Source: an uncultured virus (IMG/VR IMGVR_UViG_3300025934_000016)
Taxonomy: Duplodnaviria; Heunggongvirae; Uroviricota; Caudoviricetes
DNA length: 64,000 nt
Direction: 5' to 3' (one strand)
Virus record (IMG/VR): IMGVR_UViG_3300025934_000016
Position numbers and translations under genes: made by a program. Of the stretch, positions 55,637-64,000 are shown in pieces; the first letter of the stretch is position 1; the number at the start of each line of letters is the position of its first letter. The notes beneath the pieces were generated by a model. The model saw only the letters and a list, made by a program, of their open reading frames with translations. It ran no database searches and was not told where the DNA came from.

Positions 55637-56236
55637 TTAGAGTCCTTTAACGCCCAGAGGATAAGACTCCTGTGGTTTCGGTCTCTTGGTGATATATGGG
55701 GGATTGAAGTCGAGCGCATAATTGACGGCCACTTGAAGCGCCTTGGCTCCCAGATCGAGCGAGTCCCCTGCCGCTGCCGCCTCCAATGCCTCCGCCGATA
55801 GCCTCCCCTCTTTGAATAGTTGGTCCACGTTCTGATGACCCACCGCCGTCAATGCCCATCGCGGCGCGGACGCCGTGAGGATGTCGATACTCCAGGGTAT
55901 CCGCCAAAGTAGCTCCCTCTCCTCATTGGTCGGCACCACGGCAATGCGAAACTGAAAGCTCTTGTCATACTCCATGAGCGCCTTACGGACTTCGGGCCAC
56001 ATCCCCACATAGGCGTCGAGGACCGTGAACGATTGCGGCTTGGAGATCGAGAAGATCTCTCCTACCACGCACGCTGCGCCCTCCTGGCGGTCAAAAACAG
56101 GTAAAATAATTCCGCTAATGACCCTTCGATATTTGCGATCAACGCCATCGACCTTACCAAACCAGTACGGTTCTTCTCCAGGCGGTGATTTGTGGCCGAG
56201 GATCATGCCGCTAACAGACCGTGCGTAATAGCCCAC
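55637..56236 (-). CDS. Hypothetical protein (start uncertain)
   Basis: Long alpha/beta-like ORF. Confidence 0.65.
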   Translation of the reverse strand: MGYYARSVSGMILGHKSPPGEEPYWFGKVDGVDRKYRRVISGIILPVFDRQEGAACVVGEIFSISKPQSFTVLDAYVGMWPEVRKALMEYDKSFQFRIAVVPTNEERELLWRIPWSIDILTASAPRWALTAVGHQNVDQLFKEGRLSAEALEAAAAGDSLDLGAKALQVAVNYALDFNPPYITKRPKPQESYPLGVKGL

Positions 56237-56366
56237 GACTCCAGCGCTCCGCGCGTGTTTGAGTTTACTATTGGTAATAATATACTTGGAGATCGCGCAC
56301 ATGGAAACACCTACCACACTTTGTCGAGGTAAGAAACCTTACCGCTAAACCGTAAAGGAGAAGTTT

Positions 56367-57152
56367 ATGGATACGTCAACGATAAGATCGGCCGACCCTC
56401 ACTCGGATGGAGATACGTCGCGAAAAGTTTCCGGCACTGCTTTCCCTTATTATAACCTCGCTGACACTGTATTGGTGGCCAAGGCGATTCACGACAAGGG
56501 CGGCGGGTCTGCCTCGCGTGAACAAATCGCCGCTTTCCTTGGATATAAATCGGTACAGAACGGGGCGTTTTTAACCCGAATTGGCGCTGGAAGGACGTTT
56601 GGACTAATTGCAGAGATGAACAAGCAGCTTCGGGTGACGCCGCTCGGCTATAAAATAATCTCACCGGAAACTCCCGAGCAGTATCGTGAAGGATTGGTCG
56701 AATCTTTTTTGACGGTGCCATTATTCAAGGCTCTTTATGATGAATACCGGGGAAGAGATTTACCCGAAGGGCTAGGACTAAAAAACGCCCTTCGTTTGAA
56801 GTTTCAAATCGTTCCCAAAAAAATCGATCTTGCATATAGGCTGCTTTTTGAATCAGCTGAAACCGCTGGCTTTTTTGAGACGCGGGGAAGCAAAACGCAA
56901 CTTATTGTGCCTGTAATCAAATCTAGGCCGTCAGCTGAACCCGAGAATAAAAACCTGGCTGTAAATACAGGGTTTGGACGCGGCGGAGGAGAACCTCCGG
57001 ATGGAACCTCTAAGCTGACAAAATCAAAAGATGATCTTCAAAACGAATATATAGAGACACTGATAAGCTTATTACGCGAAAAGAGTAAGAACGGCGAAAT
57101 GGACGATCAACTGATGGGTCGAATTGAACGATTGCTTGAGTTGAAGACCTAG
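56367..57152 (+). CDS. Winged-helix-like protein (moron)
   Basis: FPYYNL...QIAAFLGY...FGLI...LRVTPLG; AAGGAG RBS; opposite strand, lower GC. Confidence 0.7.
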   Translation: MDTSTIRSADPHSDGDTSRKVSGTAFPYYNLADTVLVAKAIHDKGGGSASREQIAAFLGYKSVQNGAFLTRIGAGRTFGLIAEMNKQLRVTPLGYKIISPETPEQYREGLVESFLTVPLFKALYDEYRGRDLPEGLGLKNALRLKFQIVPKKIDLAYRLLFESAETAGFFETRGSKTQLIVPVIKSRPSAEPENKNLAVNTGFGRGGGEPPDGTSKLTKSKDDLQNEYIETLISLLREKSKNGEMDDQLMGRIERLLELKT

Positions 57153-57158
57153 TAAGGC

Positions 57159-57193
57159 GACGGCATACCGGACTGGAACTCCAGTATGCCGTC
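57159..57193. terminator. Stem-loop after the moron gene
   Basis: gacggcatac / gtatgccgtc perfect 10-bp arms; weak U tract. Confidence 0.55.
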
Positions 57194-57379
57194 ATTAACC
57201 GCAGCGCTGGACACGCTCATATGTACCTCAATTTCTTGAGGCGCGGTTGTATCTGGGGTTTACCCCGCCCGCCACCATTTTGCAACAGAGGCTTTTTGGC
57301 GCTCTATTCAGGGGAGCGTCCCTAGACAAGATTCTCCCCTAATAGAGCTTTATTATCGCAGCAATATTAGGAGTATTCA

Positions 57380-57523
57380 ATGAGTAAGAAAGATCAACCG
57401 AAATCACGACTGATCGGCCGTGATGCTAAGACAGGCGAGTTTAAGCCTGTTGATTGGGCTCGCGCGCAGCAAAACAAGGATAAAGCCGTTGTGGAACGGT
57501 TGCCGTTGCCTAAGAAAAAATAG
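57380..57523 (+). CDS. Small basic protein (47 aa)
   Basis: AGGAG RBS; MSKKDQPKSRLIGRDAKTGEFKPVDWARAQQNKDKAVVERLPLPKKK; not in the ORF track. Confidence 0.7.
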   Translation: MSKKDQPKSRLIGRDAKTGEFKPVDWARAQQNKDKAVVERLPLPKKK

Positions 57524-57524
57524 G

Positions 57525-57791
57525 TTAACGATCCTTTAATATTGTCATCTTCACGACCGACTTAGTCGGTATTGTGATGTTACCGCAACCATGAAGGAGA
57601 ATGTCACCGTTTTGTTCCCCGGCTAAGTGCGGCACGATTGACTTAACCCTCTTGTCATCGTGGATAAGCCAACCAACGGAACGACAGTACAGCGGTTCCG
57701 CAGCCTGCTGTATCTCCTTCAGGTCTTGCCATCCCCTAGACGCATGAGAGTCGAGCCATTCAATTAAGACAAGCTTTAAATTTTCTGGCAT
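57525..57791 (-). CDS. Small beta-rich phage protein
   Basis: LVLIEWLDS...GW...SVGWL...IP. Confidence 0.75.
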   Translation of the reverse strand: MPENLKLVLIEWLDSHASRGWQDLKEIQQAAEPLYCRSVGWLIHDDKRVKSIVPHLAGEQNGDILLHGCGNITIPTKSVVKMTILKDR

Positions 57792-57980
57792 TTGGTATAC
57801 TTTACCAATATGCCAACAAAAATACTAAAGGCTCATCCTTCGCCACCGTTTGAGCGATTTCAGCAATTAACCTCATCGACTCGATAACAGCGCTCTAAAG
57901 CGTTGATATAGGACTCGTAGAGAGCGGGCGTACTATCGGTCGGAACCATCGCTAAAGTATTCACTTCGGCGCTCCAATCT

Positions 57981-58355
57981 TCATGTTTTGGCCAGCGGCG
58001 GCGCCGTAACGGGCGTCACGTCGGGTTCGGGCATCCGGATAGGTGGCAACTGGCCCGTCTCTACCGCAATAATATTGGTCGGTTGCAGTGCGATGAGCTT
58101 CTGCGTGCTCTCGGTCAATTGGGTGGAATCGAGCAGCGGCGGCTGGGTATAATCCCACAGCTCGCGTTGAAACCCGCTTGTGGCCTGGTCCACCATGTTC
58201 TGTATGCGGGCGTTAAACTGTGCCCGCGCCTTGGTGAGGCGGGTATAATCGTCTTGACAATACTTGCGCTCCCCTTCATCGACCACCTGCTCGCCTGGCG
58301 GAAGATCGCTCAAGATGCGCCGACACGCCCCGTCACATCGATACTCAACCGGCAT
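57981..58355 (-). CDS. Hypothetical Zn-binding protein
   Basis: CDGAC...YCQDD. Confidence 0.65.
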   Translation of the reverse strand: MPVEYRCDGACRRILSDLPPGEQVVDEGERKYCQDDYTRLTKARAQFNARIQNMVDQATSGFQRELWDYTQPPLLDSTQLTESTQKLIALQPTNIIAVETGQLPPIRMPEPDVTPVTAPPLAKT

Positions 58356-58504
58356 TTCTTACCCCACCCTTCCCCCGTTCTCGTGCTCTTGCTGGTGCGC
58401 CTTTAAACACTGATCCGAGCAAAGCCGCACGACAAACAGGTGCTCGGTGCAGACATACGGCAGCTCCGCCTCAAAGATCCCCTTGCAGTGAAAACAGCGA
58501 AGTC

Positions 58505-58714
58505 TCATCGGTGTCCAAACGACGGCGCATGACCACCGCCGCTAATCATCGGGGCAATCCAGCTTATGAGAAAGATGATCGCCACCACCACGACCACAAT
58601 CCGGATGATTGTCTTGAAGATCGGGTCCATGGGAATATACGTTTCGATCAGGTAGATACACAGCCCGACTAGCGCAATTGCCAGAATCAAATAGATAAGT
58701 CCCATTGGGTCCAT
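58505..58714 (-). CDS. Two-TM small membrane protein (Thivi_2564-like)
   Basis: TM-YIPMDPIFKTII-TM; AGGAGG RBS. Confidence 0.75.
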   Translation of the reverse strand: MDPMGLIYLILAIALVGLCIYLIETYIPMDPIFKTIIRIVVVVVAIIFLISWIAPMISGGGHAPSFGHR

Positions 58715-59107
58715 TTTAGTTTCCCTCCTTTGATACAACCACCTTCCAGATCGCCCGCTTGACCTTGTTCACCACCGCCACCGCCCGGATGACCGAGAGA
58801 TAGTAGATTCGCTTGGCCGTGCTAAGATCGTTCTGCTGCTGGTTAGATTGCGGCATCAGTACCAGTTGGCGCGGTTCTTTCGCCGCGACTCGCGGGCCGT
58901 GCGATTCTTAAGCCTTCTGTGCGCGTGATATCGCTCCAGTAATTCCGGGCTTTCAAACCACGATGTGCCTATCGCTCCCCCAGTGCCCATAGAAAGCGGG
59001 CTCCCTGTGGCAAGAACCTTCAAAAACAATGCGTCGAGCCACCGCCGTCCGGGGTCTTCCATCTTTTAGCTCGCCTTTAACCGTAACTGGCAATGTTGTT
59101 TCATCGC

Positions 59108-61795
59108 TCAGAACGCATGTTGCACTCCTGCCGATGGGAATATTCGGTTCAATCCGCTTCTTTGTTGAACGAGGAGTGCTAGCGAAAAGGCTATCACCCG
59201 ATCATCGAAACACCCGTCTTGAGCCTCACAGCGGCCATTCTCCATGATTCCAAATGTCTGCAATTCAGCAATTAAATCCTTGTCGTTGATCGATCCGTGT
59301 TCGCCCTTTGATCCGAGTGACTCCAGATATTCGCCAACTAGGTTTACCAGCATGGGTTTCGTTCGCTGATCGGTGCGCATCCCTAGTCGGTTTTGTTGCG
59401 GGTTTCGGATATCTGCTGGTTGATGAGTGTAGATATGCGGATAGCCCAGGTCTCGTGACAGTTTGTGCAGAACCAAATTCCCATGGCCCCCTGCATTGTT
59501 CTCAACGCAGACGTTGGCGCGATTGTAGAGATTCCCGAGCTTGGTGAGTTCCTCGGAAAATAGCGCCGGCTCCATGTGGCCGTGCCAGGCGGCAGCAATC
59601 GACGCATCGGCGCAGTCAAGCACATAGGCGGCGGAATAATCCCCGCCTTCGACTCCTTCGGCTACGTCGCAGTTGTGGACGGCCAAGTATCTCGCCAAGT
59701 AACTATGCGATGATGTTTCAAAATTGTTGACACATCCGACGTATTGACTAACCTCGTTTTTCGCCACCTTCACAAAGAGATATTTCCCATCAATCCAGGC
59801 ATACGTGCTATTACTACGGCCCACAGGATGCCCGTCAAAGATAGCGGCCATCGCGGTTGTGGATATCCGCATCTGAAAAGCAGCCTTTTGCTTGTACTCC
59901 TTGTCCTTGCCAGGAAAGGAACAGACACCTTCGTCTCTCAACTTGCTGACTCCAGTAAACATTCCACAAGACAATAAAATGTCTTGGAAATCATTAATCA
60001 GACCTTTGGAAATTGAGACACAAGCACCCGCTACGTGGTTTCTAGATCGAACGGTTCCCCCATCGCCGTCGAAGTAGCCCCTGAAAAACTCTATCCGTAA
60101 CGGTTTCGGAATCGTTTTAACCCACGGTGGCACTCGCTTATTTGCCGCTCCACGGCCAAATTGCTGCAAAAAGCGATACATACTCTCGCATGTGAATTTG
60201 ACCTCAATGACGTTCTCTTTCTCAGTATATTGCGGCGATCTGTTGAACAGACGAGCAATTAACCTCGCCGCTCTGTCGGCAACCGGCTTATCTACTTTCA
60301 GATTCAGCGCCACGGCCACTTGGTAGCCGTAATCTCCTTTTCGAGGATCAGAAATACGCGCTTTCCATGAGTACCCGTCAGCCAAATAAAGACCGACAAA
60401 CCACCAAAAGTCGCCGTCCTTTAAGATCGAGGAATCGATAACACGATCAACTCTTACCTCGCTTTGCGACGGCCATCTCGAAGGATCGATGTCCACTTCC
60501 TGTTGAAACGGAAGAGGTATCCGCACAAAATCACCGGCATTTACGGTTTGCGCCTCTTTCCAACTACAGAACGAAGGCTTCTTTCGCCTCCGATCACCGT
60601 TGGACACTCGTTGCTCTGTCCTTACGCCGTCCACCGTCCATACTGGATGCTCTGGAGTCAACCGAACCGGATCGATAAACCCCTGCACCTTGATAGAGTG
60701 AATCGGGCCGTCGTATGGCCTGCGCTGGATGCTTTTAATGCCCGTCTCGGTGCCGTCTATGTCGTAGAGCAAATCGTCTAGGCCTACCGCCTCGATTTCC
60801 TTCCAGCCGTCTCGAGTCAAAACCTGCTCACCATCAGGCAAACAGCCTATCACGTACCGATGCCGCAGGTCAGGCGGCGCCCACATCTTGACGTACCCGC
60901 CCGCCTTCTCCTCGAGCTTGACGTGGAGCAGGTTCTCATCGGTGGACGGCAGCAATCCCTGAAACGATGGGACTGTGGCGAGCTTCTTTAAGTCGTCGAG
61001 CTGGTCGAGGTTAAACCGGGGAGTACCGATGAACATATCGACCCGCTCGCCCTCGACAAAGCGCCTGACGAGGATTCGCGGCCAAGTTGCCGTTAACTCC
61101 TCGTAATACCCCGGACGCAAGTTTGCCTGATTCTCGCTTGTCGGCGTAAACCAGTGTTCCCATGTCACTGGCGCAATGCCGGGGAGATTAAACACCATGG
61201 TGCCGTGGCGCTCATCCCCGCTTTTATCGATGATTCGTTTGCTTGCCCAATGGGAACGGGAGGGCGGATTGGAGGTTAGCGCAATCTCGGGCTGCTCCAG
61301 CCCTTCTTGTCTAAGTCGGCTGTAAGCTAAATCGAAAACTTCCTCAGATATTCCGGGACTTACCCTTTGCTCTACTCCTGGCAAGTAGGCCGGGGCTACT
61401 TCTTCCAATCCTATAAAGCCGTACTCCGTCGATAAGAACATGCTGGCATCCTGGGCCGTCTGGCCGTGCCGGAATAATACTTCGTGCATCCGACCGTCCG
61501 GGGTGCGAAGCATGTAATCGGCAGGATTGGATTTGGAGATGTAACCCATCATGCTATTGTCCGGGAACCACCTGAGCCACGTTTTAAGCGTACTGTCGGA
61601 TAAGTTGCGGTACGTATCCCTCATAATCACAGCTCTAAGAGAAACGCCGAGCTTCGATGCCTGCACCGCCTTAAAGAACACCCGCCATACCAACCAAGTG
61701 CTCTTCGCAGTCCCAATTGAGCCCCACACATACTTTAATCGGGCGCGACTTTGATGAGCTGCTACTGCGACCGGGCCAAAGTGATACTCCGGCAT
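59108..61795 (-). CDS. terL: Terminase large subunit containing an intein
   Basis: Walker A-like GSIGTAKS, FIGLEE, coupling motif TSNPP, nuclease DVAEG...DYS, DDRVIA. Confidence 0.92.
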   Translation of the reverse strand: MPEYHFGPVAVAAHQSRARLKYVWGSIGTAKSTWLVWRVFFKAVQASKLGVSLRAVIMRDTYRNLSDSTLKTWLRWFPDNSMMGYISKSNPADYMLRTPDGRMHEVLFRHGQTAQDASMFLSTEYGFIGLEEVAPAYLPGVEQRVSPGISEEVFDLAYSRLRQEGLEQPEIALTSNPPSRSHWASKRIIDKSGDERHGTMVFNLPGIAPVTWEHWFTPTSENQANLRPGYYEELTATWPRILVRRFVEGERVDMFIGTPRFNLDQLDDLKKLATVPSFQGLLPSTDENLLHVKLEEKAGGYVKMWAPPDLRHRYVIGCLPDGEQVLTRDGWKEIEAVGLDDLLYDIDGTETGIKSIQRRPYDGPIHSIKVQGFIDPVRLTPEHPVWTVDGVRTEQRVSNGDRRRKKPSFCSWKEAQTVNAGDFVRIPLPFQQEVDIDPSRWPSQSEVRVDRVIDSSILKDGDFWWFVGLYLADGYSWKARISDPRKGDYGYQVAVALNLKVDKPVADRAARLIARLFNRSPQYTEKENVIEVKFTCESMYRFLQQFGRGAANKRVPPWVKTIPKPLRIEFFRGYFDGDGGTVRSRNHVAGACVSISKGLINDFQDILLSCGMFTGVSKLRDEGVCSFPGKDKEYKQKAAFQMRISTTAMAAIFDGHPVGRSNSTYAWIDGKYLFVKVAKNEVSQYVGCVNNFETSSHSYLARYLAVHNCDVAEGVEGGDYSAAYVLDCADASIAAAWHGHMEPALFSEELTKLGNLYNRANVCVENNAGGHGNLVLHKLSRDLGYPHIYTHQPADIRNPQQNRLGMRTDQRTKPMLVNLVGEYLESLGSKGEHGSINDKDLIAELQTFGIMENGRCEAQDGCFDDRVIAFSLALLVQQRSGLNRIFPSAGVQHAF
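59672..60844 (-). mobile_element. LAGLIDADG intein in terminase (391 aa)
   Basis: G|CLPDGEQV, LTPEHP, VGLYLADG, FRGYFDGDG, VHN|C; directly before the nuclease Asp. Confidence 0.93.
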
Positions 61796-62253
61796 CGATA
61801 GTAGCTCTCCAGTGCTTGTTGGCGTCGCAATTCTGGATTAGCCCAATAACGTTCGCGGTTTTTAACTCGGCAGCATATCCGGCACCTTCGTCTATTGCCT
61901 AATAACCTAAGATTCTCTCCTTCCAGCGGATGACCCATTTGACACATAGATTTGCGAGCGTTTAGGGCTGGCGGCCCTACGCCCCGTAGAATGTTCTCTC
62001 GGTCGGTTACTAACTCAAGATGCCAAGGATTAACGCAGCTTCGCACGCGGCAAAGATGATCGGGCACCAGCCCTGGCGGAATCGGTTCTCGATGCTGGAT
62101 ATATGAATAGCGATGGGCCTGGCGGTCATTGTCGCCATTCCACCGAAATTTGCCGTATCCCTGGTGAGTTAGGCCCGCGATCCATAGCCAACATCCAGTA
62201 TTCGGTTCTGCGATATACTTCTCTTCGAACCGTTCCAGTGTGGTCTTATGCAT
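61762..62253 (-). CDS. HNH homing endonuclease
   Basis: PNTGCWLW, AHRYSY, DHLCRVRSCVNPWHL; paralog of 55164-55631. Confidence 0.9.
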   Translation of the reverse strand: MHKTTLERFEEKYIAEPNTGCWLWIAGLTHQGYGKFRWNGDNDRQAHRYSYIQHREPIPPGLVPDHLCRVRSCVNPWHLELVTDRENILRGVGPPALNARKSMCQMGHPLEGENLRLLGNRRRCRICCRVKNRERYWANPELRRQQALESYYRCRSITLARSQ

Positions 62254-62509
62254 CAGGGTCTACATTCGTTGACAGGATATAGGTTTGAGCGTCCCCGTGG
62301 CGATCTTCGGGAACACGTTTTGGGTGTAAGTAAGGAAGGGCCTCATGACAGGCCCAATCGCGGTGCGCGGTGTCCTCATTTGGATCACGCATTATGTTAA
62401 GTGCGTAATCTAACGGCAATAACCCGCCCCTTCGCGCCTCATCGAGTTCGTTGGTGCGCTTATTCTTGACACCTTTCTGCCGCCCGCCTGTTTTTCTACC
62501 TTTCGCCAT
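62246..62509 (-). CDS. terS: Terminase small subunit
   Basis: KTGGRQKG..NK, PLDY...MRD, ALPYLHPK; upstream of terL. Confidence 0.75.
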   Translation of the reverse strand: MAKGRKTGGRQKGVKNKRTNELDEARRGGLLPLDYALNIMRDPNEDTAHRDWACHEALPYLHPKRVPEDRHGDAQTYILSTNVDPDA

Positions 62510-62548
62510 CTATTTTCAGGTCTAACTTAGAGTTGCTGTCTCAAAGCT

Positions 62549-62622
62549 TGGTGGACCAGGAGGGAGTCCAACCCTCACTTACTGGGTGCAAACCAGTCGT
62601 GCTCGCACTACACCACCGGCCC
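62549..62622 (-). tRNA. tRNA-Ala (UGC) with encoded CCA
   Basis: GGGCCGG/CTGGTCC acceptor with G3:U70 and A73; ACTGG-TTTGCAC-CCAGT anticodon arm; GAGGG-TTGGACT-CCCTC T arm. Confidence 0.92.
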
Positions 62623-63040
62623 ACAAATAGATTGAGTTAGGCACCCCGGCCACCCGATTTGCCCCTTCCGAATGGCCGAGGTATCTGTCCGGTGTCTCTG
62701 TAGCCCTCCTTTCTGTGGGGGAAAATAGGGGAAATTACCGAGGCTTACGATTGCCATGTGCTACGTGGCATATCACAACCTGTAGTGGTTGGGAAGGATA
62801 AACACACTACGAGCGAGCGATTTCTTTCTAATTGGGTTTTAAACGAATCGCGGCAATCGGGGGGATAGCAGAGTGAAGGTCAGCCCTGGAAAGTGGCGCT
62901 AATAGAATCCTGGTAAGGATTTCTGGAGGGTTTTGGGGCTATTTGCTATTTGGCATGTTCCAAACAGGCAGTTTGCGGGTTTGTATCCCGTTGGTTTACC
63001 GGGCTATCCGAGCTTGTTTGTGGCAGAATTGTGGCATGGA

Positions 63041-63340
63041 TTATTCGCCATCTTTCAGAAACATCGCGCGTGCATACTTTTTGTTCTCGCGCTCAGTTAA
63101 TTCTTCGGCGTGCCTATCCGCTTCGGTTTTTAGTCGCCAATTCTCCCGCATGTCGGCCCAGATTTTTCCTGCCGAAGTTTCCGTAATCCACCGTTCGTAT
63201 GGCAAGCCACTTTCCACAAAAGCATTTCTCGCCGGTCCACTTTGTGGTTCCGGATGCAGATGAACCTTTGCTCGTTCACCGTTCCCGTCGTACCACTCAT
63301 CACACATTGCACATTGAATTTTCATGTCTCTGTCCCTCAT
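63041..63340 (-). CDS. Hypothetical protein
   Basis: CAMC; GAGGGG RBS. Confidence 0.7.
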   Translation of the reverse strand: MRDRDMKIQCAMCDEWYDGNGERAKVHLHPEPQSGPARNAFVESGLPYERWITETSAGKIWADMRENWRLKTEADRHAEELTERENKKYARAMFLKDGE

Positions 63341-63687
63341 AGCCGCCCCTCAATCTTCACGGTTTTGATTTTGTGGCAAATTTTGTGGCACAGCTTTCCA
63401 CAAATTTTCCATTCGAAGACCACCACATCCAGGTTAAAATCCTCGTAACTGCCAATATCGCCGAGGAATTCCACCTGGTCGTCGTCCAGGTCTGCCAGGT
63501 CTGCAATCTCGTTGCCGCCAGCGCGCAAGCGAGGCTGTCCTATAATCCGCAGAGGCGCTCCTGCGGCTATCAAGGTCAACGCCGTAAAGAGTTTTGGCGG
63601 CAACGTCGCGTTGACCTGCTGGATGGCGAACTCCAACATATTCACCCACGCTTCGTCACACGCTTTCTCTATCTCTTCGCGTTTCAT
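63337..63687 (-). CDS. Hypothetical protein
   Basis: 116 aa, flanked by 26-bp direct repeats. Confidence 0.65.
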   Translation of the reverse strand: MKREEIEKACDEAWVNMLEFAIQQVNATLPPKLFTALTLIAAGAPLRIIGQPRLRAGGNEIADLADLDDDQVEFLGDIGSYEDFNLDVVVFEWKICGKLCHKICHKIKTVKIEGRL

Positions 63688-63709
63688 AGCCGCCCCTCAA
63701 TCTTCACGG
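63337..63709. repeat. 26-bp perfect direct repeat
   Basis: TCATAGCCGCCCCTCAATCTTCACGG at 63337-63362 and 63684-63709. Confidence 0.92.
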
Positions 63710-63903
63710 AATACGAAACCCCTTGAATTTTAAGCGTTGCATTTCGGAGCGCAGGGCAAGCCATGACTGATTTGTCAGCCGGTGCTTAGCCAGAAGGTCG
63801 CTCGCGCCCTCCCACAATTTTATGTAGGCATCTCGCCGGTTAACCGCCTTTGACGCCATATAGTCAAACTGCCGCTCTACGATGTTTTTGTTTTGCTTCA
63901 CTT
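63704..63903 (-). CDS. Small hypothetical protein (start uncertain)
   Basis: 3' part of the 96-aa ORF, probable GTG start VKQNK. Confidence 0.5.
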
Positions 63904-64000
63904 CAATGCCGCCCCTTCTTGGGCTGCACCCTCCAACTGCTCCTGACATTCTCGCGCTTGACCTTGTGGTGGTGCTCACGCGCCACATAGTCAAGCACCT

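Noticed and set aside
62740..62775. Sigma-54 promoter
   Set aside because: GG-to-GC spacing does not fit -24/-12
1..64000. Stop-codon reassignment
   Set aside because: Core genes are full length and tightly packed under the standard code, ending in TAA, TAG and TGA

Overview
Most of a tailed dsDNA bacteriophage genome with podovirus-like gene order. Nearly all genes are on the minus strand, and both window edges fall inside a leftward run of small early-type genes. Reading right to left: tRNA-Ala(UGC), terminase small subunit, HNH, terminase large subunit with a LAGLIDADG intein, ~17 kb of accessory genes, portal with a Gln-terminated intein, scaffold, major capsid, decoration and small basic proteins, adaptor and tail tube, ejection proteins, and a 2468-aa LPD38-type polyvalent protein. 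Next come five fibre/beta-helix/LamG/FN3 genes that all carry signal peptides, a lytic transglycosylase, a divergent HTH switch, an AAA ATPase and a lambda-O-like replication pair. No integrase, polymerase, RT or CRISPR is recognisable. Most striking: appendage-like genes apparently routed through Sec, a hydrophobic leader on the capsid protein, an Ig domain split between two neighbouring genes, a near-consensus parS in the scaffold gene, a tRNA with a swapped 19-56 pair, and recoded gene ends beside homing endonucleases. All family assignments come from motif recognition by eye, not from searches.
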